A stretch of DNA of 64,000 nucleotides from Octopus sinensis. Its lineage: Eukaryota. Both the position numbers and the translations under genes were made by a program. The notes under the pieces were generated by a model that worked only from the letters and a program-made list of their open reading frames with translations, was not told the DNA's origin and searched no databases. Below are positions 38,163 to 53,089 of the stretch, piece by piece. Location: positions 119,040,001-119,104,000 of the forward strand of contig NC_042999.1 of NCBI RefSeq assembly GCF_006345805.1, given 5' to 3'. The stretch's first letter is position 1. Every line of letters starts with the position of its first letter.

Positions 38163-38710
38163 GTGTATCCCAAAAGTCACTGATAGACTTCAATTTTTAA
38201 TAACTTCCTTAGCTTTACAAATAAATGCATGAAATTTTGATGCAATATAAAAGACATAATGGAAATTAATATGCACAAGTCAAATTTTGCAACACCACTA
38301 CATCACATGTGAAAAATGACATCCCTTTAATGACATCCATTTCCAGCTTCGCATTCCTATGCTTTTCCAAAGCTTTCACCATAACATCCTGAAGAGTTTC
38401 AGAGCCCACTTCTCTGATTTCTCTATTGATGTCCTCCTTCAGTTGTACCAGGGTCTATGGATTTTTGACATAAGCCATCTCTTTCAGGTATCCCCACAAG
38501 AAAAAATCCGGGCTAGTCAAGTCTGGAGAACGTGAAGACCATTCAAAATAAGCCTCACACATGGTTCCAGCAAGATGGGCACAACTGCTCATACTACATG
38601 ATAAACAATGTAGTTGCTATGGCAATGCTTTGGAGAGAGAATATGCTCCCACTATGGCAATGTCAAATGGCCTTCATATTCCCCAGACGTCACTAGCCCA
38701 TATTTTTTCA
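38160..38710. mobile_element. Tc1/mariner catalytic-domain fragments in divergent orientation
   Basis: Minus 38160-38557: EWSSRSPDLTSPDFFLWGYLKEMAY, ending in TIR-like CAGTGTATCCCAAAAGT. Plus 38558-38710: TWFQQDG...FGERICSHYGNVKWPSYSPD. Confidence 0.8.
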
Positions 38711-40068
38711 CACACCCAAACACATATACACACATGCATGCACTTATATGCACATGCACACACAAGCAATGCATGCACACCACACACACACACATACATA
38801 CACACACTCACTCTCGTCTCGCACATAGATGATCAGATTTTTGTGACTGAATCTGGAAGACAGAAAGGGAAAAGAAGCATTTATTGCAAACAAACATCAT
38901 CTTCAAACACATGATCTGCAGTGAAAACATCTGGACTGGATAAAAATATTACTTTGTTAGGAAAGAAGTGAGTGTTGGCAACAGGAAGAGCATCAAGCTG
39001 TAGAAAATCTGCTTTTTATTTAACTCATAAAAGCATGGAAAAGTAGATGTTTAAAATGATGATGATGATAGTGGTGGCGGGATATCTGTATTAAGTAAGT
39101 TTTATTTATTCTTTCTAATACTGGCTTCAATGCAACTAGTCATCATGATATTCAATTTTTATCTTTTAAACTTTATTCTCTCTGAAGTTATTTTTATAAT
39201 ACCTTTTAAAAAAAGCTATATAAATGTACATTTTTAATTAATTGCACTTAAGAAATTATATATAACTTTAGAATCAATATTTTTCTTAACTAACAAACAG
39301 TGTAATTTAGGTATATATTATCAATTTCTGAGTGTAAAATTATTTATAAAAATATATAAAATAGTTTTTATTTTCTAAATGAATTTCAAGAGGGAGCTTA
39401 ACATATGCCTACCTATTAACTGCAAGCCAATATAGGAACCTTTACATATTTGCATGACCTGCTAGAATAGCAACCAAATCTTCAAATGACATTCTTGTGT
39501 TTTAATCCTTTAGCATTCAGATTACTCTTAATGACCTGTAGGGACATGATATTTTGCTATGCAACCATGATATAGTATAAAGTATATTAAACATTTTTAT
39601 AAGTCAACACCATGTTCTACTGTGTTAGCAGTGCTAATACATCAGTTCTTAAATTTATCTCTACAGTATTCTATAGAAATTATTGCCACCACTGATTTTG
39701 TTAGAATGAGATTGAAAATGAGTAATGGGCATATATAACATTTTTCAGGAGAGTTTACTCCTTCTTCAGTACCTATTTAACTCCTTAATTATCCTCTGAC
39801 ACATTGCTTAAATAGCCACTATAAACAGTGGTGTACCGTTATTGGATATACCAATTTTACATATTAAACACATTCCTGACAGCTGGTACATGAATAATAA
39901 TGAGCTGTAGGGACACAGTATTTCATAATGCAACCATAATATACTACAAAATATATCAAACATTTTCATAAGTCAACTGTGTTAGCAGTGCTATTACATC
40001 ACTCGTTAAAGTTAGCTCTACAGCCTCCAAGAATGTATTTAATATGTAAAATTGGGATATACAATAAT

Positions 40069-40275
40069 CTTTTCTACTCTAGGCACAGGGCCTGAAGTTT
40101 CGAGGGAGGAGAGCAGTTGATTAGATCGACACCAGTATGTAACTGGTACTTAAGTTATTGCCCCCGAAAGGATGAAAGTCAACCTCAGCGGAATTTGAAC
40201 TCAGAATGTAAAGACAGATGAAATACTGCTAAGCTTTTTGCCTGTCATGCTAACGTTTCTGCCAGCTTGCCACCT
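40069..40275 (-). mobile_element. Family C SINE with a 17-bp TSD
   Basis: ttgggatatacaataat at 40052-40068 and 40276-40292. Confidence 0.92.
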
Positions 40276-41230
40276 TTGGGATATACAATAATGCTACATT
40301 GCTATATTTAGTGGCTATTTAAGCAATGAGCTCATGGATGGTTAATGGTTTGGATGAGTGCTGATGAAGGAACAAAAACCCAGAAATATGGCATATATAT
40401 GCTCACTACCAATTTTTCATCTTTGATCTCATGGTTTGTTTACATCTGGTTTCTTGGATATAAAACGTCATAACAAAATCAATGTTGGCTATAATTTCTT
40501 TAGAGAATCTGTAGAGATAACCATAATGAGTCAGATTGCTTTCTCTCAAAAAATGTAATGCTTTGTTTTTCACATTGTTTTGAATCAGTCATGCATATTC
40601 TTGTGGCTTTGAGATTTTGATAATACGATTGTTTATTTCAAGAATGACATTGTAGGTTAGTTGTTAGATCTGGTCAATTTTAACATAAAACAGATAGAAC
40701 ACTTGAGCCAGATATGCCTGGTTTAAATGCCTAAGAGTTGAATAAGGAAAGCCACATTAGGTAATGTAGGCCTGAAAGCTTGTAAAATTGTGTTACACAG
40801 TGTTATTGATAAGATGAAAGTAATAATTTTGCATTAATCCAATAACAGTGAAAACTGGAAATTTCTCAGTTAATTAATATAATTTGTTTTAACAATCACT
40901 TGTAAGGGTCAGAGAGCATTCGTTGAGGAAGATGTTTTACAGCTGGACACCCTTAATCTAGCTAGCCTCCACTTATTTTCAAACAAGATAATATATTTCC
41001 CTATGGCTGGACATGTTTGCGTTCATTATCATCATTGCCATCATTGTCAGGGATGGTGGTGGCGTTGGCGTCGGCGTTGGCATCGGCATTGCCATCATCA
41101 TTATCATTGATTTTGTCATCATTGTCATTTAACCTCTGTTCTCCGTGCTGGCATGGGTTGGGTGGTTTGATGGGAGCTGACCAGCTGAAGGGCTGTTCAG
41201 GTTCCCTGTCTGTTTGTAGGCTAAAACCAA

Positions 41231-41888
41231 GGCTTAGTGTTTAGGGTGTTCGGCTCATGAATGTAAGGTCATGAATTCAGTTTCCAGCTGTGCATTGTGG
41301 CCTTGAGCAAGAACTTTATTTCACATTGCTCCAGTATACTCAGCAGGCAAAAATGAGTAGTACCTGTATTTCAAAGGTCCAGTCTTGTCACATTCTGTTC
41401 ATGCTAAATCTACATGGGTACTATATTAAGGGTACACATGTCTGTTGAGTGCTCCACTACTTGCATGTTAATTTCACAAGCAGGCTGTTCCATTGATCAG
41501 ATCAGATGGCACCCTCAATGTTGTAACTGACAGACTGCCAATTTTTAATTTGAAGACAAGCAGAAACAACACACACACACACATACATACAACAACAACA
41601 ACACAAACATAAAATAATGAAGGTGGCTAGATACAATTCAAAACCAAAAAGGAAATAATTCACAGTCACTGAAATGTGATAAAGGGTACAGGGAGCACCA
41701 GCATTGCTAGAAATAAGAATCAAAGAACTCTTTAGACACCAAAGCACATTTTCTATTTGTTGACAAGAGAGAAAACTCCCCCTATAATTGAGGTGGAGAG
41801 GTTATCTCCCCTCTCAGTAAATAGAAAATGTGCTTTTGTGGCTAAATAGTTCTTTGACTCTTATTTCTAGCAATGCTAGTGCTTCCTG
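41231..41888 (+). repeat. Local direct duplication, copy 1 (family D SINE + CA/CAA spacer + truncated fold-back MITE); copy 2 at 45211-45867
   Basis: Collinear high similarity running through the non-SINE spacer (aaaataatgaaggtggcta...caattcaaaacc). Confidence 0.9.
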
Positions 41889-42164
41889 TGTCAGTAGCAG
41901 TAGCAGCAGTCACAGTGGTGGTGGCAACAATGTTGTCCCTGTTGGCAGAGCTGTTATTGTTGACGGCAGCGGTGACTGCAACAGTGCCATTGTCATCATC
42001 ATCATCATCACTATCATCATTATTATTTAACATCTATTTGCCCATTTTCCATGCTGGTACGTGCTAGACAGTTTGACAAGGTTTGACAAACTGCACAGCT
42101 GTGTCCGACCCCACTACTCATTCATTACTATTCCCTGATGTCTTCACAAGATAATACAAACACA

Positions 42165-44165
<2,001 letters not shown>

Positions 44166-45633
44166 CATCATCATCATTGTTTTAACATCCATTTTTCCAT
44201 GCTTGTATGACTACATATATATCTATATATCTATATCTATATATATACATACACACATACACAGGTGAACATATAAGTGCAAAACAAGGTGGAAAAATAC
44301 TGAAGGTAGAGTAATATGCTTTTATTAAAGCTGTAAAATTCTTTTCTACTCTAGGCACAGTATTTTTTTAACATGTAGTTACATGCCTAGACATGTGCAT
44401 ATATACGTAAATGATAAACTTCTGGAAAGTCTTACAAATTTTTACAGTTCAAGTGATGGCTTGGATCTATAGTCTTCGAATCAACTTTCTCCTTTCTGAC
44501 TTTGAGAAGCCTACTTTCTCAAGATTGGTACTTAGTCTGTTAAATATTCCATTGCCCCAATAATTACAGGTATAAGCCTGAACTTGTAGTCTAGGGTAGA
44601 ATAATTGTAGATTTCTCAATAGTTCAGTGTAGGTAATTTCCTTTACACTGATCTTTAGCCTTATGTTAACATCCACTTGATGTATGTATCATCATCATCA
44701 TCTTTTAACGTCTGTTTTCCATGCTGGCATGTATATATGTATGCATGTCATCATCATCCAGTGTTTTAAATCCTTTTTTTCCCACATTAATGAGGTTGGC
44801 CAGATCTACCTCAAAGCCATAGCAACTGAGGTAGGCAGGTACAACCCACCCCAACCTTTGCTATCATGAGGCTTTTTTGAAGCTGGGTTTTTTTATGGGG
44901 AGCATGCCCTTGCTTTACCCAAGCATAGTTTCTACACATGAGTGGTCCTGAGATCAAGGCCTCTACAACGATTTTTAAGAAATGTGGTGGAAAAATAGCT
45001 CAGGAAGGCAGGGACATTACTCCCTGAGACTCTTTTTGGAGCCCCCTACCTATTATGTCTTGCAGTTGATACAATCATTACAATCCCTTACTCAGTTTTA
45101 GGGACAATAATTTGATTCATCTCCTCTCACACCCAACTGTCAAACTACATTTTATTTCCCTGTAGGATATAAAGAATGGCTGCCCAAGCTACGTTAACGT
45201 AAAAATACCTGGCTTAGTGTTTAGGGTGTTCAGCTCATGAATGTAAGGTCATGAATTCGGTTTCCAGCTGTGCATCAAGGCCTTGAGCAAGACACTTTAT
45301 TTCACATTGCACCAGTATACGCAGCAGGCAAAAATGAGTGGTACTTGTATTTCAAAGAGCCAGTCTTATCACATTCTGTTTATGCTAAATCTACATGGGT
45401 ACTATATTAAGGGTACACATGTCTGTTGAATGCTCCACTACTTGCATGTTAATTTCACAAGCAGGCTGTTCCATTGATCAGATCAGCTGGGACCATCAAT
45501 GTTGTAACTGATAGACTGCCAATTTTTAATTTGAAGACAAGCAGAAAAAACACACACACATACATGCAACAACAACAACACAAACATAAAATAATGAAGG
45601 TGGCTATATGCAATTCAAAACCAAAAAAGGAAA

Positions 45634-45900
45634 TAATTCACAGTCACTGAAATGTGATAAAAGGTGCAGGGAGCACCAGAATTGCTAGAAATAAGAATCA
45701 AAGAACTCTTTAGACACCAAAGCACATTTTCTATTTGCTGACAAGAGAGAAAACTGCCCCCTATAATTGAGGTGGAGAGGTTATCTCCCCTCTCAGTAAA
45801 TAGAAAATGTGCTTTTGTGGCTAAAACGTTCCTTGGCTCTTATTTCTAGCAATGCTGGTGCTTCCTGCACCCTTCATCAAGTTTTAGTGACAGTGAATTA
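45634..45900. mobile_element. Fold-back MITE with ~100-bp inverted arms
   Basis: taattcacagtcactgaaa...cagggagcaccag..ttgctagaaataag...gcacattttctattt versus aaatagaaaatgtgc...cttatttctagcaatgctggtgcttcctg...tagtgacagtgaatta. Confidence 0.85.
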
Positions 45901-46437
45901 TATATATATAGATATATAAAGCAAGTGAAGGCTCATGGCTCAGTGGTTAGAGCTTACAATCGTAAGGTTGTGAGTTCAAATCCCAGACCGGGCTGCGTGT
46001 TGTGTTCTTGAACAAGACACTTTATTTCACGTTGTTCCAGTTCACTCAGCTGTAGAAATAAGTTGCGACATCACAGGTGCCAAGCTGTTTTGGCCTTTGC
46101 CTTTCCCTCAGATAACAGTGGTGGAGTGGAGAGAGAAGGCCGGTATGCATGGGCGACTGCTGGTCTTCCATAAACAACCTTGCCCAGACTTGTGCCTGAG
46201 AGGGTAACTTCCTAGGTGCAATCCCATGGTCAATCATGAGTAAAGGGAGTCTCAGCATATAAAGCAAATAAGTAACAAGGATGTCTAGATATCCTGGGCC
46301 TCTTTGTTACTTATTTGCTTTTTGTTCACCTTACTCCAAGGTGTGTGGATAATACCGAACTAATTTGGTACTTCAACTTAAGTACCTAATTCAACTGAAT
46401 CTTAATTAAATATATACACACACACACACACACACAT

Positions 46438-46845
46438 ACAGAGGCATGCAAGAAGTAAATAGACACCTTTAATTTTCAAAATCTTCTATTTAATACGCAA
46501 AGCAAACAACTGAAATGTATGCAGGACTACATACTTTAGTATTTAGTTGACATTCCCTTTGCAGTTTTTAATTCAGAAACTCTTTTTGGCATTAAACTGA
46601 TGAGCTTTGTGATTGTCTCTTGTGGAATTTCTGCCCACTTTTCATGCAACAATCGAAACAATTCATCTTTAGATTTAGGTTTCTGTCAAGTGTTTTGTAT
46701 AGCTCTATCTAGTATGCTCCAAAGATTTTCAATTGGGTTCATGTCAGGAGACTGGCTTGGTCAAGGAAGCTTTTTGATCCCATTTTCAGTCAGCCATTGT
46801 TAATTCCTTGTTGCTGTGTGGTATGGAGCCCCATTCATTATAGTC
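46438..46845 (-). mobile_element. Tc1 (DD34E) transposase C-terminus and right TIR
   Basis: Minus strand: NGAPYHT...LP*PSQSPDMNPIENLWSILDR...IPQETITKLISLMPKRVSELKTAKGMSTKY*. Terminus TA|CAGAGGCATGCAAGAAGTA. Confidence 0.9.
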
Positions 46846-47055
46846 CACCAGGCAGTAACTGAGGAATTCAAGACAGGCTGCTCCTGGGAGCTCCTCTGTG
46901 CTGATGACCTCGCTCTAATAGCTGAGTCACTGCCAGAACTAGAGACGAAGTTTAGGGTGTGGAAGTAAGGTCTAGAAAGGAAGGGCCTTGGGGTTAACGT
47001 AGCAAAAACCAAAGTCTTAGTAAGTAGGAAGGTTGTCAAATCACAAACCCTTTCA
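46846..47055 (+). mobile_element. RTE RT fragment abutting the Tc1 remnant
   Basis: TEEFKTGCSWELLCADDLALIAESL...GLGVNVAKTKVLVSRK (YADD-box region). Confidence 0.88.
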
Positions 47056-47325
47056 CTCTGTTACTTCTATTAAATATTACTAAAAACATACATATACTTG
47101 TATTTTGAGTTCTATTTTTCTTGTTTGCACCAACAGGCCAATGTATATATATGTGTAAAATGGAGTAGGTGTAACATATTTTACCATTACTATTATTGCT
47201 TAAAGTTTCATAGACTTCTTACTGAAACCTATCTCATTCAGTGTTATTCTAACTAAATTTGGTTAACAGACCCTGAATGAGCTATGTTTCTATAAGAAGC
47301 CTATAAATCAAGCAGTTCCAAATAA

Positions 47326-47800
47326 TAATAATAATAATAAATATAATATGCAGTACCAGGCAGTGGCTCTCATGGCTTTTGATCTTAACTGATTGGAAGT
47401 GTTATATACATTGTTTTGCCTTGATATAAAAGATGGGCTACAGCAAATATTCTGCTCAATACCACAGATTTGCTTGTCAGTTGTTTGACCTTAACTCATG
47501 GTGACTGATAATATGTGCATCTCTGATCATGAGCAGAAGTAGAGGAATTCTTTGGAGTTTGAATAATTCACCCCTGGAAGCACTGGTGTTTCATTCAACA
47601 TCCTTAAACGACCCTTATTCAGCAACCTTTTGAGTAGGATAGGCTACTTGATCCGAGGAAAATTCTAACTGGGCCCCAAATGCAAGGTCATGTGCTGTTT
47701 ATCTAGATATGAGATCACTATGTTGTGCACATATGACTGTGATGCATGTGCCTGGTGTACCTTATCAGGTGGGTAGTCATGATGGGTATACTGTGTTTCA
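47326..47800 (-). mobile_element. Probable retroelement 3' end with a (TTA)n tail
   Basis: (AAT)n run followed by GC-richer body. Family not assignable from sequence alone. Confidence 0.4.
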
Positions 47801-48258
47801 TATATTTTACCCCAGTGTCACTTTGAAGTCATGCACTGCTCTCTCACTCAGTGATAGCAATAATAATAAGAATTCATGGAATATAGAATATATGCAAACA
47901 TATACATACACAAGCATACATACACACAAAGAAATTTACATAGTTGTAGTAATAGTTGTGTAAAATTTAGACAAAGAGAGTGTTTGATACCAAGGTAAAA
48001 GAATGTAAACAGTTTCAACTTAAAATACACGCATTTGTAAATATTCACATATCATTATATTGAATAACTGTTCTATAAATTCCATGGTTTTCTTTCAAGT
48101 ATAGAATATTGGTGTCTCCAACAAGATTAACATGTAGTCATATAGCAGTAGGAAAGCTTTTGAACAGATCTAGTCGCTGCTATTAATGTATATATATATA
48201 TATATATAAGGATATTATTGTATTATTGTTTACAATAATATCAAGTGGTATATATATG

Positions 48259-48307
<49 letters not shown>

Positions 48308-48344
48308 ATATATATATATATATATATATCTTTTATCTTCCATC

Positions 48345-48558
48345 TTTTATCTTTCACTTGTTTCAGCCATTAGATTATAACCATGCTGGGACACTTCCTT
48401 GAAGAACTTTAGTCAGACGAATTGACCTCAGAATTTATTTTATTCTAAGACTAGTACTTACTCTATTGGTCTCTTTTGCCAAAACACTAAGTTACATGGT
48501 CCTAAACACACCAACACCATTTGTCCAGCAGTGGTGGAGGACAATCACAAGACACAAT

Positions 48559-48641
<83 letters not shown>

Positions 48642-48720
48642 CACACACACACACACACACACACACATCTTCCTGCCTCTGTGTATGTATATTTCTCTGG
48701 GAGTGAATCATAAATTTTGA
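48345..48720 (-). mobile_element. Partial family B SINE with an expanded (CA)n (48561-48665)
   Basis: Family B 3' motifs plus a ~100-bp CA run. Confidence 0.8.
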
Positions 48721-48968
48721 TGTACTTGATATGTGTGAATACATGTTTGTATGCATTTTATATAGACATATATACACACATATGTGTCTATAACAAGAAA
48801 AATGTTCTGTCTCATTTTTAATCCTTTATCTCCTGGAATAATGCCTCACCACTCTCCTTGAGGTTCATAGTTCGCAAGTGCAGCCACCTGGCTTGCCAGT
48901 CCTCAGTAAAAACCGTCCAACCCATGCCAGCATGGAAAGTGGACGTTAAATGATGATGATGATGATAT

Positions 48969-49000
<32 letters not shown>

Positions 49001-49200
49001 CAATCGCAGTGTGGAAGGTGTTTGTAAGCCTTTTAAGAAACCCACAAAAACCATTTGATTCATTTCAACATTTAAGTTTAAGTGAATCGAACGGCTTTTG
49101 TGTGTTTCTTAAATGGCTTACAAACACCTTCCATGCTGCAATTGTTTTCGTTTCAGCACACAATCTCAGATCAAATCACTTGCTATGCAAGTACATCTCC
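49001..49200. mobile_element. 144-bp fold-back plus 3' mini-hairpin, embedded in (GATA)n
   Basis: 63-bp arms at 49001-49063 and 49082-49144 with 9 mismatches; acttgc-tat-gcaagt at ~49178-49192. Confidence 0.8.
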
Positions 49201-49449
49201 GATAGATAGATAGATAGATAGATATGTGTGTGTGTGTGTGTGTACATATGTATATCATATATAATATACATTTCATATATATATCATCAACATCATCATC
49301 CTTTAACGTGTTTTTCATACTGGCATGGGTTGGGTATACACATATGTGTGTATGTGTGTGCGTGTGTGTGTGTGTTTTTACTATACATACATAGATGCAT
49401 ATTTACTCACGATGATGATGATGATGTATGTGTGTGGGAGGTGGGACTG

Positions 49450-50620
49450 CTTCCATAGCTTCACAACCCCAACTTCTATTGCCTGTTATTCTCTGACTCT
49501 ACAGCCAACCAACAAAGTCTCATGTGTTCTACTTCCCACCAACTCATTTCTTCCTCTTTCTTCCTCACCCATCATCAATTTTCATGCCCCTGTCAAATAT
49601 TTCTTTATCAAAATACACAAACCTGACAACCCAGACTCTCCATTGTCTTAGTCTTCCATAACCCAACCAAACTCATCAAAAAGCCTTGACTTCATCCTGT
49701 CACCTCTCTGCTTCTCCAAACAATGCGTCCTGACTCTAATTCACCTTACCTATAAACTCCCTTCTATAGACTGTCATTTCTCACAATGACAACTTTCTTA
49801 CTTTACAACATTTTCTCAACTAATTTAATGCACTTCATTCTATTGCTTCCATTCTCTTCTGTTCAGCCAAGCATGTACTCATTTTTAACTGCTTATCATC
49901 TGCTGTAGACCTATACCAACTTGAGTGCCTACTGGTGCTATAATGGACCTCACTTATGACAGTCTATTTCATTGCATGTGCTTGTTGAGGCCCAGATTTT
50001 TTTTCTCACAGATCACCAACCCCAACCCATAACAGAGGTAGCAGTTACATAAACGTCTGTATTGAGACCACTTTCCTACTTCACATCTCAGCTTCATTAC
50101 TTTCTTACTTCCTACTGTATTGAGACCACTTTCCTACTTCACATCTCAGCTTCATTACTTTCTTCAACTCATTTCACACCTCCTTAGAATTCTCTTCCAC
50201 ACCATAGTTAACTTTCTTGACATCTCTATTACAATCCATCTCTCCTCTCTCTTCCCCAGTATTTCCAGCTTTAATAAACCTATTGATTTTCATTGGTTCT
50301 TCTTCTCCAACATATCACGCGCACACGCATGCACACACACACACACCAAACATTCCATAACCCTGTTCCCATTCTAATTTCTTTTCCTTCACCATTTCTG
50401 TAGCTGTGGCTTTGATTTTGATTTTGAGAGACAATTCATGATTTTGAGAGAAATATCTTCACAAAATGCAGGTATCTTTCACTTTGCTTCCAGTGGTCCT
50501 CACTTGCATCTGTAAAATCACCTGCATCTCCAGTCTCTCCTCTCATGCCAATTCTGTCTACAACTTGTTTTTTTCTCACCTAGTGTTGGACCCTCTTGTT
50601 GGTTTCTATGTATGAGCATC
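49450..50620 (+). mobile_element. Highly decayed Penelope-like element RT region
   Basis: IKIHKPDNPDSP (~49607-49643) followed by PTKLI and LDFILSPL, matching the PLE RT motif PKIHK...RPIV...LD.IL.PL. C-rich strand bias. Boundaries uncertain. Confidence 0.6.
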
Positions 50621-51030
50621 CAGTTATTTGATAAAGTGGATAACCTACTCAATAAAGGTAAGGAGTGGTTAATACTCCAAAGACATGTATACCCACAATC
50701 TAATTTCCAGGTAGAATCAGTGGGATATCCCTGAGGTAAGGCTAGACCTTTTAATCACAGGTACAATGTACAATTGAGCCAACACTTTTCCTCTACCATA
50801 ATTCTCTCACAAGATCATGGTAAATGCATTTGCCCAAGATGTCACATTGTAGGACTGAACTAAGGATCTCATGATTGTGAATTCCCTTGCATCCACTCCT
50901 ACATACTACACCCCCAGTGCTCTATCATACAAGCAGTCCAAATCATCTAATCTAACCCCATTACTTTCCACTTCTTCCTCAATCTATCTCACCTTCATTA
51001 AGTGTGCCTTTTATCAATGTGAGCTACTTG

Positions 51031-51245
51031 TAATGTGGTAAGCTGGCAGAAACGTTAGCTTGCCGGGCGAAATGCTTAGCAGTATTTCGTATGTCTTTAC
51101 GTTCTGAGTTCAAATTCCGCCAAAGTTGACTTTGCCTTTCATCCTTTCAGGGTCGATAAATTAAGTACCAGTTGTGTACTGAGGTCGATCTAATCGACTG
51201 GTATCCTTCCCAAAATTTTCGGGCCTTGTGCCTAGAGTAGAAAAG
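51031..51245 (+). mobile_element. Family C SINE with a 15-bp TSD
   Basis: aatgtgagctacttg at 51016-51030 and 51246-51260. Confidence 0.92.
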
Positions 51246-52197
51246 AATGTGAGCTACTTGCCCATAGTTTCATCTCTATTTTCCATACCCTTTCTAAAAA
51301 TCACCTTTTCTCTTTTTAACACCACAGTTAACCATTATCATCAATCAGCCCTTCCTCACTCTCAGAGCTCATATTCTGACTGCCCTTTCTGCTGCAGTGC
51401 TACCCTCTGCACCAGACCTACTTACTACTCTTCCCTTTTAATCGATTCCATTATCTTCATCTCTCTCAGGAACTCATTTCTATTCCTCGTAGACACAGCC
51501 ACATCACAGTATAGTTTTAACACACACTACAACCTCTTTCACTCCCACAAAACCTCCATAAATGCATCAATCACAACAGCCTTAAGCCAATCACAATACG
51601 CAAGTACATGGCAAACACATGCATGTACACTCAAATATGTGTTTATGTCTATGTGTGTGTGAGCATTTGCGTATGCATTTATGTGCGCACATTTTGAAAA
51701 TAACATGCAAATAAAACACTTTACAAACAATACACACACATTTACACATACATTTCTCACGATTAAAAACCCATAGCAGTGAGTCCATATACATAGTGGA
51801 TTTTCACTTGCACTTAAGTAAAATTATTTATGCACATGCTAATACACATAATTTCTATGCTGTTACCTCCCTTGTTGCTTTTTTGTGAATGGAAACTCAT
51901 TCCTTCTAACATACATCTAATCATTTGAACTCACTCCATCATTTCCAACAAAACTTGATAAAGAATGTAAAGTTTTTTGTTACTTCTATATCTTTTCCAT
52001 ATTCCATACTTCTTCCTTTTCTTCACCACCTAATTATCTAAAACACGTCTACTTTCTTAATATGTCATTAAGTGTTAATATTACAATTACACTTGTTTTT
52101 ACTTTGTTTTCTGTGTTATTATTTTAGCAATTAATTTTGCAAAAAATTATCTAGCTATCTGTCTGAGTGTCTGTCTGTCTCCCTCTCTCTCTCTTTC

Positions 52198-52265
<68 letters not shown>

Positions 52266-52274
52266 AGATATATA

Positions 52275-52520
52275 TATTCTTTTACTTGTTTCAGCCATTT
52301 GACTGTGGGCATGCTGGAGCACTGCCTTTAGTCAAACAAATTGACCCCAGAACTTATTCTTTGTTAGCCTAGTACTTATTCTATCAGACTCTATTACTGA
52401 ACCGCTAAGTTACAGGGATATAAACACACCAACATTGGGTATCAAGCGATGGTGGGGGGACAAACACATGCACACAAATACATACATACACACATACACA
52501 CACATATACACACACACATC

Positions 52521-52561
<41 letters not shown>

Positions 52562-53068
52562 GCAATGGGCTTCTTTCAGTTTCCATCTACCAAATCCACT
52601 CACACGACCTGGGGCTACAGTAGATGACTCTTGCCCAAGATACTATGCATTGCGACTGAACCCGAACTCATGTGGTTGGGAAGCAAGCTTCTTACCACAC
52701 AGCCACTCCTGCACCTATATATATATATAAAACTTTTACTTGTTTCAGTCCTAAACAAGTCAAACGCAAGCCTTATTTCTTAAGCCTAGTACTTATTCTA
52801 TCAGTCACTTTTGCAGAACCGTTAAGTCACTGAGACATAAATACACCAACACCTGTTGTTAAGTAGTGATAGAGGGGACAAATATGGACACAAAGGCATG
52901 CACACACACACACACGTATGTATGTATGTGTATGTATGTATGTATGTATACAACATGTTTCTTTCAGTTGCCATCTTCCAAGTTAATTGATAAGGTTTTG
53001 GTTGATCTGAATCCAGAAACATGTGGTTAGGAAGCAAGTTCCTAACCACACATCGATGTCTGCACCCA
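52275..53068 (-). mobile_element. Head-to-tail pair of family B SINEs
   Basis: Units at ~52275-52715 and ~52730-53068 (second internally deleted). Confidence 0.85.
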
Positions 53069-53089
53069 AATATATATATATATATCATA

